Assembly: GCA_043228905.1 (NCBI GenBank)
Contig: JBHGNT010000021.1
Location: forward strand, 3,534,001-3,598,000
DNA: 64,000 bases
Reading direction: 5' to 3'
From: Azolla caroliniana
Taxonomy: Eukaryota; Plantae; Polypodiophyta
Below the pieces are notes generated by a model. It was not told where the DNA came from and searched no databases. It saw only the letters and a list, made by a program, of their open reading frames with translations. Numbering within the stretch: the stretch's first letter is position 1; each line of letters begins with the position of its first letter. Positions 35,038 to 49,002 of this stretch are shown here, piece by piece. The translations under genes were made by a program, and so were the position numbers.

Positions 35038-37627
35038 CCATATAATATCCCGTGGTGAGAATTGTCGTAGTATTCTATACACGTGGATAAGTGTGAGGGT
35101 TAAACAAAGAGTCTAAAGAAGGGGAGGATTACTTTTAATCCTCGGGATTGAGACAACCCATGAGGCCAAGTGTGAACATGGCTGGGGGCCTTGAGAATTA
35201 CTATAAATAAGAGGCCTAGCTACCCTCATTGGGGCATGCATTGACTACGTCGAGACTCTGTCCGTAAGTGGAACGACTCTTGTAGCAAGCGCGCTATCAT
35301 CCAGGTACGACTCGACGCCAAGGCGGTGGTATGGGACGCCGATCGAGGCTCGAGTCCGTCTCGATCCCTTCGCTCGGGGGTGGTCGGGTGGATCGGCACC
35401 CTTCTTTCTCTCTTTTCTCTCTATTCTTTCTAGATCTATCATTGATATATCCTTATTTTATGCTTACTTTAGTACCTAATCTCTAATATGGATAGGCCAC
35501 GAGGAGGAAGGATCTCTAATCCCGAGAGGTAGGGGACCACCAAACAAGCTCGAAGGCTCTGAATTGCGAGACACTAAGACACCAACACAAAATAACGCAA
35601 TTCGAGTACTCGCATATACTAATCATAAATGGATTGTAGATCCTGATCCAATCAAAGTACAACCCGATTGGCACATATGTACTCGTGAAAACACACGGCT
35701 ACATAAGATCAATTGGGACCCTTTGCAATGGACATGGCGTGATCCCTACGTGGGGCAAGGAAGCAAACCCATCCCTTTCTTCCAATTCACAACTAGATTG
35801 GGTCGCCACATTCTAGTTGCTCAAACCGCCCGAGAGCCGGTTGCTGCGAAGGTCTGGCACACATTTCAAGTTCCTCCCACAATAATCTCCAAGTTTTGGC
35901 AGAAACTCTAGAAACAACAACACGTGAGGCGAATTACCATGTTCCAATGGCTATTAATACATAAGTCCCTACCTGTGGGAGCATGGCAACGTGGGAACCT
36001 TAGCTCTCCTAATTGTGTAAAGTGCCCACATGCTGTAGAATTAGTACGACACACTCTGTGGGACTGTCCAACGTCCCATCGAATATGGTGGGGGGTTGGC
36101 CGCTTGTTGCAATTATGCCAAGTGCAAGGCTCAATCAAGTGGGGAAATATATGTTAGCTATCATGGCAAACCGCAATTGGTAGATACGAGCATCATGAGG
36201 AGGGTATGACTTTGGTGATAAAAGCAGAAGAGGTCTCTTTCTCCTCTAGCGGCAATGTCCACTCCACTCCTCTTAATGACAAATCTCAAGAGGTATTGGA
36301 ATTGGTCAGCCCAATAACACTTTTGATTCTATGGAAACAACGATGTAGCCGAGTCTTCTCCAACCAAACCGTACATCCAACAAGGTTACTGCAAGAGATA
36401 TGGAGTGAAATTGTAGCCACTCTGAAGAGCCAATATGATGGCCTTAAGGGCGGCTCCGAGGGTGTTGAAAGACAACGAATAACCTTCATCCAACAATGGT
36501 CATCCTCTCCCTTTCTTGAGTCAGTGGGCATCCACATAAGATTGAACTATCGCTTCCCTTCAGGGATTTGTATATAATCGTCTCATTTGTAAAATTTTAT
36601 AACTAATGGAATGAGGTTTTTTTTTTTTTTGAAAAAAAAAAAAAAAGTTGGCCCTTCACACATATATGGTGGGTTATAAAATTAATTGATTGGGCAAACA
36701 CAACTATGTGATGGTGTAAGAATTTCATAACATCAAATACTCAAGCGACATTCATGAATAGACAAATGAAGGTTAGATAATTACAATAGTTTGGAGTGAG
36801 AATCCTTTAGTTTATAGCTTTTGTGTCTTATAACCTGTTCATGGAGGGTTGAACTTTAATGTCTCTCCATTCTTGTTTGAAATCTTGAAGAGGTAAACAT
36901 TAACCTCCTTGTAAGTAGCACGACCATAGGATTATAGTATTATATTTTGATTTAAGAATTTAGACTTGTAGGAGCCTACCCTAACAAAGGGCTCACACTT
37001 CGATATTTTTGTGAGTGAGATAGAGACTCCTCAAAACTTTATTATAGAATTTTTAGTTGTTTTGAAGTTTTCAATTCCATGATCCATGCCATTTTCTCCG
37101 TCCTAAAAATTGGGATCTCGAATCTCGATGTTGCTCAAAATCATGGGTTGCTTAAAAAGACTAAACATTTTTGCATTGTAGACAATACTTGAATTACGTT
37201 TGGATAGAAATGGGAAAAAGAAACGTTGAGTGCTACTCCTAAATGGTATTTGTAGGTCCTAGCTAGACTTCAAAACCATTTTCTAATTATTTTCTTATAT
37301 CACCATTAAAAAACATTAATATGAGAAATGCTCTTTCTTTTTTTCTTTTTTTCTTTTTCTTTTCCAAAAAGAAATGCTCATTCTTGAATGAATCAGGTCA
37401 TAAAGTGTTTCAAAATGACAATTCGTACAATCAATGATGAGATATTTTTGGGACGCAAATTGGTTCATTCAAGATTTTGTGGAGAATTGAAATTTAGAGA
37501 TATATAAGGGTGTTTGAAGACCCTCTCACATGCAACAACAAAGAGCTTAGCTTTGGGATGCATGCCTATCCTCCTTGGTAATCGGAACTCGATGACTCAC
37601 ATTAAACCATGTCATTTGGATCATGGT

Positions 37628-39681
37628 TCAAGCTCTTTTGGGCAAGGCCCTAAGCAAACCCTTGAGTATCTTGTAAAACCAAAATAGGTTCATTATGGCC
37701 AGACTAGGAGGTGCAATAAACAAGAAATAGAAACCTGCTGGGAAAATTTCCTTGACCTGCAATGACATTGATATATTGTACTGCTCAACAAGTTTTTTAA
37801 AGTGGCATCAATATATGGATAGAAACTAAGTCAATTTACTGAAATATCCCAAACTTTTTAGGAAATTCCCTTGTAACTTGGAGAATATTGAAATTACCAA
37901 ATTACCCTTTTGCTCTCTTATCTCACTTACTCTTGTCCTCTTACTTTCCTATTTTTCAAAATGTTCTCATCTCATACTTTTCCAAAGTCCAATATAGCGA
38001 CATGCAGTACTTTGAGAATTCAAGAGAAGGAAAGTGAGACATTATAAAGGGTAACTTGGGAAATTTGAGAAGAAAGAAAGTGTAAAAGAAGAGGGAATTT
38101 GATAATGTTATGGATTCCATGAACAATACAGGAGTAATTTGGTCAATTTCCTTCAAAGTTATGTCATTGATGACAGAGTGTACCTGATCATAGTGTAGAG
38201 AAATGTGGAGGAAGAAATACACAAAGAGCAATACTCTTGCAAACTGCAAAAGAAAAACAAAAACAAACTTTTACGGTGTTCGACATAGTTTATGGAAAGT
38301 TACTTTAAAAACGCTAGACATAACTATAAACACTACCTATAGAGAGGGACAAAACACTTACAAACCATAAAATGAATAAGAGAATCCCGTTAAAAACATA
38401 AGCCTTTGAATTCTTCATGCTAGCCATACTCAAGTACCTATATGACAATGTCAAGTATTACTAACAAATTCCATTAAAAATGTTTAGTCTCGATTCATAC
38501 TAGGCATTGCCAATGATGAGCATTAAAATGAAGCTTATGAACAATGATCCCTATATTATGCTTGAGAATGTACCATCGAATGTTCACCAAAGGAGTCGTT
38601 ATTTCTGTTAAAAGCACAAGGTAAATGTAGATATGTGCTTGCCCACTGTAGAGTGACATACCAATAGATACCATCGAAAGAAAATGATGTAGCACCTAAT
38701 GACACCACAAGTCATCACATCTATATTAAGTTAGAAACTTGACATCATGCCATAGATCCAACTTAGTAAGAATAGCTTTAAACTTACATATCCTTTGCCA
38801 CCCAATGTAGGGTAAACCCATAATATCATAGCCAAGTCAGAAATAAAATACCCCAAGGAGACCTATGTCACAATAAGGTCAAATTGCTCGAGAAATGTGT
38901 AAACTTATTTGTGTTGAACATGCCAATAATAGGATGGTCCTCACCCCAAGAATAATTTGCGAGAGAATCGAGCTACGAAAGACCACCGGACCATTAGGTC
39001 CAGAATCCTGGAAAAAATCACTAAAAAAGAGAAGATAGCTAGCAGCTCCAGAGACGACGATTGCGTGCAGTGTGGAGAATCCCCTATCATATAGAAGAAA
39101 ACTGCCTCAAAATCTCAATGTTGGTAGTGTTGTTCATTCAATAGAAAATGATTGAATCTTTGAAATTTGTTGGCTGAAAATGTTTATAAATGGAACAAGA
39201 AAATGAGTTGTATACTATTGTCATGGTACACTCTTCTAAATGACAACAAAGATAAGCAAACACCATATTCTTGAGCATAGGGAAGTATGTGTGTTCATGC
39301 ATCAACTAAATCTAGGTAAACAAATTCAACCATGCCATAAAAGATTGTATGAGTATATATGGGCCGATGTGACAAACCTATTATCCCATTCAATCTTCTC
39401 GGATTTGGAAAGTTTGAGATAAGTGAGTGAATAAGATGGGCTTGAAGATTTCATGATGGTGTATATCTAGATCAAAAGACATGGAATGCACAGAAGGAAG
39501 TTAGGGTTTTGTTTTGTTGTAGAAAAAATAATGATAGATAGATGTGGCTTACTAGTTTACACATGATTATGCCCAGTAGAATAGATGAGAACCAAAGCAT
39601 GGGTTCTGCCCACATTGGGTTTATGTTGTATTCCATCGCCATTGAGAGCATTTGTCCATGGAATGGCTCGGATGTCTTCAT
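37628..39681 (-). CDS. TLC-domain membrane protein (TMEM56/TLCD4-like), 8 exons, ~272 aa: 39553-39681, 39378-39466, 38945-39083, 38788-38862, 38574-38695, 38362-38437, 38184-38243, 37628-37756
   Basis: GT-AG introns give one continuous frame with EWDNRGFSTLHA, SLGYFISDL, YVLHH, TEITTPLVNIRWYL, ARVLLF and MNLFWFYKILKG. Confidence 0.92.
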
Positions 39682-39699
39682 CCTTCATTCCTTACATAT

Positions 39700-40200
39700 C
39701 AATCAAAATGGATCACAATTTAGTCAAAAGCAATCCAATCACATTCTAGTCGGATATAATGACTTCTAACCGAACCGCGATCTAGTAAAAATTCAGTCAA
39801 AAACAATCACATTCTAGTCAAAACAAATATTACAACCTAATTGTGTAAATGATTAGTCCGAATTAATATCAATTAGTCAAGCCTACTCACATTCTAGCCA
39901 ATCTTAATCTAATACAGTAAAAGATAATCATGATTTAGTAAAACAAAAACCAAGGCAATCTTTTAATCATTTCGTCAAAATCAAAGACAACCTAAATAAT
40001 TCTAGCCAAACCTAATGCTAATCTAGTGAAAACTAATGACAATCTAGTAAAAAAAAACAACCATGCCCTAAATTAATGATTAGTCAAGATGGATCATAAT
40101 TTGGTTAAAGTCAATCATATTGTGGTCAAACCTAATACTAATCTTATCAAAAGTAAGCACAATCTAGTAAAAAAATCAACGACAATCTGGTTAGAACAAG
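39700..40200. repeat. Degenerate tandem repeat (AATC/ATTCTAGTCAAA-like units) upstream of the TLC gene
   Basis: TCTAGT(C/A)AAA and TTAGTCAA cores recur about every 30-35 bp. Confidence 0.55.
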
Positions 40201-42595
40201 CGAAAAAAAATGATACTTATAAATAGCCTTCAAATTATTCAAAAGCCAAAATCATTGGTAATCAAAATTAGCCATAAATCCTGATAATTATTCATAACTA
40301 AGCATAACAGTTCACAAATAGTAGCGATTAATTTGCAAACAAACCAAACTATAGCCATAAAATCATCATCCACAGTTACTCATGTAAGGAATGAGCAAAT
40401 ATGTTATCCATACATCCCTCCATGAATATATTATTTATTTAAACATGAATGGAAGAATTAAAGAGAATCATCATTATCAGAACACAGTGCATTGATCTGA
40501 TCATTGATTAAATGAGAGTTGGAGAGAGAGAGAGAGAGAGAGAGATCAGAAAATTTAATGGAGACATTAGCTATGGTGATTAAAGAAGGGGAAGAGCACC
40601 TTAATTATCTATATGTCCAAAGCCTTCAAAATTTGGAGAATAAAAGAAAAGAAAGTAAAGGAAACAGAGTACTTATAAACACACAAATGTTTCTTTCTTT
40701 CTCTTCTTAAAAAGCAATCATGTGCTAAAAAGAAAATCTCATCAATTTTTTATTGAAACCCACAAACAAAAAAGTGTGGGTAAAAGAGTCATGTTAACTT
40801 TTTTGTACCTTAAAAAGACAAAAGCTCTCCCTACTTCTCATACGTAACAAAAGAGGAAACAAAAACAAAGAGATCCTCATCATCACTAACAATGATAAGA
40901 ATTTAAGAGGGAAGCATGTCTCAACGAGTTTTCATAAGTGTACGAATATTTTTTTGTTATATATTGCCTCTCTGTAAAAGCAAGAGTTGTTGGCATCCCT
41001 ACATTATTGTACCACTAGAGTTATCCAAATAAATGGATTGATATAGATATAGTGCCTAATGTATGTATGTATGTGGGGTTTGTGTGTCTCACAACACAAA
41101 TTATCGATTGATGCTTAATATCTCTCGTTTGCAAACGTACTGATCAATTTATACGTAATCGAGGGACAAGGATATAGAGAATGGAAGAGTGACTACAATT
41201 TTTGTGGTAACCACAAGTTAATGAAGAGAATTGTTTGTGGTATGCATCATTATCGAAACAGAGTGGCTAGGTTTCTTGTAGCAAAGCATAAATTTCACAT
41301 AGTGACTCCCAGAATTTACATTTTAACAAAAAGAATCCTAAGTTTATTTGTCGCGTCGATTTCATGAATGGAAGGTCATGGCGATGCAAGAGTACCATAT
41401 AAAGTGTATTCTATAAGTAAGTGGCTACCTTGGGGAGAAGGATTTACATACATATAGTGAATGAAGTTCTCCCCCCACTCTTTCATTTTTGGCATTCTCA
41501 TTTCATGTCTTGTTTCATTTTGTTGTAAATATGTTGACAAAGAAGGACTTTTGTAACTAGGCCTTCAACACGGGTGATATAGAGAATTTACGTATAAGCT
41601 TTATCGGCTCTCATTCACATGTAATGCCTTGTTTCATCTAAAAGTACGTGCTTCACAATAATGTCTTTTAGCATTGTTTCTTCGAAAACAATAATTTTAC
41701 TTTTTCTAAAGAAATTACTAAGGCCAAAAAAACCAAGAGAAAAAATAATAGGGTTTGTGCGCATGTATACGAAGGATTATTGAGATGAATTATGGTTGTG
41801 TAGGCAACTTTTAAAGGTTCTACATTTGATTGAAGTGATCACATGCATTGTATATCATGAGTGTGCTCTAGACAAAGAAAAGGCATTTTTGAAGTATGTC
41901 GATCTAGAAGGAAATTAAGAAAGAATGGGTCCAAAATATGTCCGTAAAAGATGTGCAAAAAAGCATAGATAGATGGACACACCTAAACCATCATGATAGA
42001 CTATAATGAACAAGTATATTACACTGAACTCCCTTTTTTTTATCATGGATAACAATTTGCAAACCTTGAAGACCATCCACACATAAATAGTATGGACGCA
42101 TACACTAGTGGCGACATGACATGTGTACTTACTAGTATATTGGTCCTTCCTATGCATAGCTAGGATTTCTAAGGAGACCAACAATTCAATCGTGCATTGT
42201 CGTTGTGGGCTAATAAAAGCTATGTTGTTGGAAGAAATGTGGAGTTATTTTAAAGAAAACATGGCATTGAGGAGAAATTTTATGTGCACATTTTCATGCT
42301 TTCAATATATACATCTAAAGATGTGGTTAATTAACCAATCAAATATTGTGATATAGTCCAATACTATTATACAGACTATCTCAGGCCTTTTCCAATTGAC
42401 GATCAATTATTATACAGAAGATTCTTGTATTTTGATGTGCATTTGTATGTGTATACAGTTTGAGTAAATTGCAAGTGTGTGTGTGTGTGTGTGTGTATTT
42501 GCAACAAAAGGAATACATAGATATAAATTATAATACATACATACATACATACACAAGTTGATAAATCTTCTCTAATATATTTGTTGAGTTCTCCT

Positions 42596-43030
42596 TTCTT
42601 TCTTTCTTTCTTTCTTTCTTTTTCTTTTTTCCAAAAAAAAAACTCCTTCCATTAGTTATAAAATTTTACAAATGAGACGATTATGTACAAATCCCTAAAG
42701 GGACGCGATAGTTCCATCTTATGTGGATGCCCACTGACTCAAGAAAGGGAGAGGACGACCATTGTTGGATGAAGGCTATACGTTGTCTTTCAACTCCCTT
42801 GGAGCCGCCCTTAAGGCCATCATATTGGCTCTTCAGAGTGGCTACAATTTCACTCCATATCTCTTGTAGTAACCTTGTTGGATGAGCGGTTTGGTTGGAG
42901 AAGACTCGCCTACATCGTTGTTTCCATAGAATCCAAAGGGTTATTGGGTTGACCAATTCCAACACCTCTTGAGATTTGTCATTAAGAGGAATAGAGTGGA
43001 CATTGCCACTGGAGGAGAAAAGGACCTCCT
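42596..43030 (-). mobile_element. Short 3' fragment of the same L1 family as 36230-36646
   Basis: ORF 42681..42965 is nearly identical to the end of 36206..36577, with the same 3' UTR and an A/GAAA tail. Confidence 0.9.
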
Positions 43031-44774
43031 TTCAAATGTATTTCGCTACCTACCTCATTAATTCATTGGGTTAATCTATATTAATTTGAATCCATCTTTC
43101 ACCTAATTTCATTATCACGGGCCCTCCCTACATTAAGTTCACTCAAATATCAACTCACATAACTTTATCAAACAAAAGGCGAGGATTGTGACCATGATAT
43201 TTGTTGGTTTAATCAACATGGGTATTATATCTTACAATGTTGGATCAAGTGGTTGCATTTCAATAAATTTAGAGTTTAGCACATTGAAAACTTTATCTCC
43301 AACATTCTGGAGCGCTATCCAAACATGTGTGCAATTGTCTAGCAGTAGCACCCACTAATGGTTGGTGTTTCATGTGTAGAATATTTGGATTGCATGGTGA
43401 TGTTTGGGGTGTACAAGCCATGTATGTGATTAGTTATATGAAGGATTGCATTTTTACTAAGATTATTGAAACCCTAGGATATGGGATATGAACTAACAAC
43501 CTTAGATGTTGACAACTTAACAATATATATAACATGCAATAAATTTCCTCTACTCAATAAAGTCATTTTAGAGGAATTTACCAAAGCATTGATATTTGCT
43601 CATGAAACTCAAAAAATACTCATAATTGTTCACTCTCTTTTTGATAAGCCTAAGCCATATCTTACAATTAAACAGTATTGGAATCAACACTCTGTTATTT
43701 TGATCCACGTTACCCATTATATATATATATATTTTTTAGCATGTGCTGAATGAGGAGAGAGAGTTAATAATGTTCAATGGTTTTACAAAGCAATAATGCA
43801 GGTAATGTGAAAACATATAATTGTACTTAGAAAGTAGTCATGTTTCTTTAGCGTCTATAGTGTAAACATGTTCTATCTCTAGAGTTTACGAGAAAGATAC
43901 CTTTTCGTTGATTCTTCCTTTTCTCTTTCCTCGTGTAGAACACACGTAAATCATTGCCTCAATTTTACCATTCATGTAGAGATTTTTTTCTTTAGTGTGA
44001 AAATTTAGACAAAAAGTAATGATAACAATCAAAGTTTTCCATAATGACATTGCCATTGACATTAGCCCTATATAGCTTTTTAAGCCAAGTTTTTATTAAC
44101 TCATGCACCTAAATTCAGATCTTAATATATGCACTATTTTAGTATAAATTATTGCACAATGTAGGGATCAAAAGAATATGAATTTTTAGACTCCATCGAA
44201 CAACGTTTTTATTGAGCTACAACGATTTGTGCAATTCCAAATAGATCTTCATATTTTTCCCTTTCTGAATCCTATGATACTTTTTTCCCTCTTCCAATAA
44301 TTATCTTCTATCACTCTCTCTACGATGTAAAGAAAGATGAGGTACTTTTATGTATTTGGGAGAATGGATATTACGGAACCAAGAGTTTTAGGATAAGAAA
44401 AAGGGTATTGTAGAACCAAGAGCTGTGTGAGTTTGGATAAGAAAAAGGGCAATTTGGTAGTAGTGCTCTTTTTTAGGATAGTTTGTAATGGGAGTTTCAT
44501 AAACAAACAGGGGCATTTGGGTGAATTCTCCTTAGACATATGGAGAAAGGAGGTCACACATGGGTGGGGATCTATTAGGATCCTAAATGTTCTTCATTTT
44601 CACCTCTCTCTTCTTCTAATCATTTGCAATTTCTTGTATCTAACATGATATAAATCAATCAATTTCTTCCAGAAATGTTCTTCATTTTCACCTCCAACCT
44701 CTTCTAGTCATGCCTAAAATTTCTTTTTTCCAAGAAAGATATTGCATTAGTATTAAGGAACTCCCTAAGGTTGC

Positions 44775-45214
44775 CTAAAGGTTTTCCAAGATATGGTACG
44801 CCACCTCGGAGGAATTGATCATGGATATATGGTTAACAATTATTAGTTGCCTACGAGGGCAATTGGACGAGGTTTGTGGGCACTACTTGTTTGCGCGTCT
44901 GGTAGAAATGGCGGATCACACCGATGGTGACGCAAGGAGGAAACATCTTGATGTGGAACTACCCGCCCCCACGTTGGTTGTTTCCTACTCATCTCCCACC
45001 CTCCCTTCGTTGTAGGCCATAGGATCCAGCTCGTATTGGCCGGTGATGAAGGACACTAGTTTATAGCTATAGGTACCTACTTACATTAAGTAGTTAGTTT
45101 GAAAGGATGTGTACGTAGTGTGATTCCCTGATTTATGTCTAAGCCACCTTGTATAGTATTTCTGTAATAATCTCTCCTAACTAATGGGAAAGTAACTTCA
45201 TTTTGGAAAAACAA
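44775..45214 (+). mobile_element. 5'-truncated LINE remnant
   Basis: 16-bp TSD AACTCCCTAAGGTTGC (44759-44774, 45215-45230), DIWLTIISCLRGQ resembles the L1 C-terminus, A-rich tail. Confidence 0.8.
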
Positions 45215-46239
45215 AACTCCCTAAGGTTGCATATGAAGTATGTACATATAGGTAATGACCCATTGTGCTAATCATGAGCAATTTCTTGTATCTAACATGA
45301 TATAAGTTAATAAATTTCTTCTAAATATTTAACAATCAGTTTGGGAATCCAAATAGTATAAAAAATTCTCATATATGACTCTTACTCATATTGAGCCAAG
45401 GAAATCATGTGCCAAAAACTGCACAAGATAGAAATGGAGGTAATCGCTTGTCATTTTCTTTTTAGTTTATATTATCTATGTATGTAGAGTTCAATTTCAT
45501 TCCGTTTAAAAGTTCTAGGTTAAATTTGTAATACAAGACTAAAAAATGCGATAATGTTTGGTGAATTTTAAGCTAATTTTTGTAAACCTTGCTGAATGTT
45601 TACTTTTGGAATATATGTTTACATTTAGTCAATTTTGTAGTATTTGAATTTTGGATATTGTTAATTGGGAGATAGTGCATTTGGTTCATGTGTCTTACTC
45701 TTGTCTTTGTTTTAATTTTGTTTTTTTGCAATTGAAACACCTTAGGTCATTTTTAGATAGTCTTGTTTTTAGGTTTATTTACGTATGGAGTGCTTTGTCA
45801 ATACTTTTATTTTATCGCAAATTTTGTTTGGAGTATTTTAATATAATGATTATTATCAATCTTATCTTTCGTTCTTTTTTTTACCATAAAAACATTGCCT
45901 CACATTAGTTAGCAACCAAAATACAATAGAGTTCAAACATTAAGGTTCACAAGGCCTAACCTTAGAGGGATTGGAATATCCAACAACTCCCAATCTCATC
46001 TTTTTTAACGTGTTCTACCAATAATTTGTCTCTTATATGAAGGAAGGGTTTGGAGAAGACAAATTAGTGTTTACGCCTTGCAATAGATATTTGAGCAAAC
46101 AAAACATAAGGAACTAAATGAACTTGAGAAGAAAAATAAAAATGGAAGCATATATATCAACATTGCAAGAAAATTACTTGGCATCTTATTAATTGATATT
46201 CACAACTGGATGGAAACTAGCAACAATGGACTTTGTGTG

Positions 46240-46717
46240 TGCTGAAAATACTCTGGTACACCTTGTTGTCCATATACACCATATGGGGCAAGCAACGTCC
46301 TCCAGCTGAATCGATTAAGCTAATCTGGTACACATTAATAACTACATTGAGAGCTCAATATGAGCAGATTGATTATACTGAGGATGTTGTAGAATTAATG
46401 AGGCTAAATTTTAGAAAGCGGTGGTGTACTACACCGATGGCCACAACAAATGGAATGGATATACAATGGCAGTATGTAGTATCTACATGGTTGTTCCCCC
46501 CTCCCATTAGTTGAATGAGGGGCGTGAAAGAGATGTCATGTGGGATAATGAATGTTGATGATGTGTATGAAAGGATGGCTAGAGACACATGTGAAAGTGT
46601 AAGATAAATAAGTGAGATTTCTTATGTAGGATAGGATAATGTAGGCAATGCCTACCCGAGAAAGGGATCGAGTTTGTGTATATTTTAACTAATGGAGTAT
46701 ATTCTTTTTTGGAAAAA
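46240..46717 (+). mobile_element. 5'-truncated LINE remnant
   Basis: 18-bp TSD AACAATGGACT(T/C)TGTGTG (46222-46239, 46718-46735), IWYTLITTLRAQY...WLFPP, A tail. Confidence 0.8.
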
Positions 46718-47182
46718 AACAATGGACTCTGTGTGACTTAACAGAAAAATTACTCTTTTCACTTTTAGTGTTTGAGAACAATACCAAGAAATGCATCATT
46801 ATTGATGTTCGAAGGGGAAATTTGTATGTAACTTTAGGGGTTCAATTTTCTTGTTTTTCGAAACTTATTTACTAGGATCGCTTTCATTACACTAGCACTC
46901 ATCAAAGTCAACAGACCAAATACATTGTACTATTGTAGTATCGTTAGGTTAAGAAGTTGAAGGACAAAAAGAAAAAGATCTTGTAATTCTGCAAGTACGT
47001 AAAAGTGCAAGGCAAGGCAAAGAGTGGAATGGAGTGCAAGGCAAGGCAAAAGCAAAAAATGATATATAAGGACTCTCAAACTTCTACAATAGATAGTGAA
47101 CTCTCAAACTTTCATAATACATACAGGTCTGACTATATACTTCTACGCCTTCGTCAAGTTAGTATTTTTATTCACTGAAATC

Positions 47183-47980
47183 ATGGGTGGAGGACATTAC
47201 CACAAACATACTATTATGATGCTTATGAACAAGAAGAAAAACATGAAAAAGCATCACCCCCTTGGGCATCATGAGCCTTTGAAACATATTTATGTAAATG
47301 GAGTACCTTTTCATCATCATCCTCGTTGTCATCCCCACTTATCACATCCCACAAGTTGTAATATTATCGATATGAATGATATAATAATTATGAAGAGCCC
47401 CAAAAATCTTAGTGAATTCATGGACTATGATACTTTAAACAGATCATGCAAGAAGGTTCCTCATCATCGTCGTCGTCGTCATCAGCACCCCAACCATCAT
47501 CATAATGATCATGTTCATGAGCATTCTCATATGCAGAAGTGTGAAAGTGGGCACTTAAGTCCATCATTGCCTATACCTCAAGATGCTTCAATCAGAACAT
47601 ATGATGATATAACAACAAAGAAATTTCCACAATGTGGTATTATAAACATTGGAGCAACTCGCCATTATCATGGACATTGCGATCAAGAGCTTTCTCATTT
47701 AAGTATGCCCAAGTGTAAATGGTGTACACGAGATGGCCCTCCACCACCTTCATGGAAGAATAACATTGATGTTGAACATTATAAAAATGCGTCAACACCA
47801 CCACCTAACATTAATGTTGTTGGATCAACCCCTCCTTATACCACCCATCCTCTCAATGATGTTCCACATCCTTCTCATGCCCCACCTACATACAATGACA
47901 ATGTGGCTCTATTTGGTCGTGTTGTGAACCTAATCGATGATATCCCTCGTCCTTCTCCCATGCCCCCCACCTACAACTAA
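47183..47980 (+). CDS. Hypothetical intronless His/Pro-rich protein (265 aa from the ATG)
   Basis: Long ORF in AT-rich DNA, TATATAAG near 47063; no recognisable domain. Confidence 0.55.
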   Translation: MGGGHYHKHTIMMLMNKKKNMKKHHPLGHHEPLKHIYVNGVPFHHHPRCHPHLSHPTSCNIIDMNDIIIMKSPKNLSEFMDYDTLNRSCKKVPHHRRRRHQHPNHHHNDHVHEHSHMQKCESGHLSPSLPIPQDASIRTYDDITTKKFPQCGIINIGATRHYHGHCDQELSHLSMPKCKWCTRDGPPPPSWKNNIDVEHYKNASTPPPNINVVGSTPPYTTHPLNDVPHPSHAPPTYNDNVALFGRVVNLIDDIPRPSPMPPTYN

Positions 47981-49002
47981 TTATGTTGACAATTTAATAA
48001 TATTCCTAAATTAAAAAGCTAATGAGATCTACATAATCTCTCAAAAAAGACAAACTATTTTTGTAAGAAGCCTCTACTTTGAAATGTTACTATAAAACCA
48101 ATATGTTTTGGAAATTTGGATGCCAAGAGGTTTGTGAAATTGTGACTCAAGGCACTCATTATGGTATCACTTTCACAAGGCTATAAAGTTGGAAAGCTAT
48201 CATAATCCTATTTTCCCAAAATGTTATCGCATTGTCTAGAATCTCTAAGAAGGCAATGTAATATACTGTTTTGAGGTGCCTTTACGTGCAACTTCAAAAT
48301 CATGTGTCAATTGCTTATCACCGATGACCCATGTAATTTACGAGTATAATGCTAAGAACTTAGTTACCTATTAAAAAATAGTCATGCAACAACTTATGGG
48401 TATTACTTTATGTTAATATTGCTCTAACTAGCATAATCAATTGCAAACATTTATTTAAGATCCTTTCCTATATTGTCATATTTCTTAACATGTAAATATG
48501 GGCTCTCAATATGCAATGCAAACCATTGTATTCAAATATTAAATGATGCTCGAGACATTGAAGACATCGTGGTAGTTGTTAACCTCCTACCCTTATGGTT
48601 GACATGTTTCTAAAAATGTGAACTATGGATTTGTTATTGCGATGCAGTACATCCATCTATATATTGCTATGCAACATTTTGCTCCAAAATCGTGATGCCA
48701 AATGATGCCTATAGATGATAATAATGACAATGAAGAGGGTGGAACAATGATGATGATGAAAGACCATGAAAAGTAGTGTTGATGAGGATGAAGCTTGGGC
48801 GAAGAGGAGTTGAAAATGATGATGTCAAAGACAAGGATGTTGATGATGGTAACTCCGGAAGCAAGGACGGTGATGATGGTAACTCTAGAAGCAAAGGCAA
48901 TGACTAAGACGGGTGATCGTTCCCATCTTCTTAAGTTCCTTGTCTCGTCAACAGAGTTTCTAGTTGGATGTATTGTGAATACAAATATTTAGGTGTTGTT
49001 AC

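Larger units (their letters stand above)
28439..35488 (+). mobile_element. Young intact Ty3/gypsy chromovirus
   Basis: 465-bp LTRs at 28439-28903 and 35024-35488 with no difference seen, TSD TGGAT, PBS(iMet) 28906-28917, PPT AAGAGGGGGAG 35011-35021. Confidence 0.97.
27756..36646 (+). mobile_element. 5'-truncated, decayed L1-type LINE (27756-28438 plus 35494-36646), split by a chromovirus
   Basis: ORF2 C-terminal motifs YIWSG...KVAW...PKSRGGLGL, C-x2-C...HTLWDC (zf-RVT) and ILWKQRC. Poly(A) at 36632-36646. Possible TSD AAGTTG(A/G)CCC. Confidence 0.88.

Noticed and set aside
48690-48920. GAT-rich acidic low-complexity stretch
   Set aside because: No continuous ORF or boundaries; probably a decayed remnant.
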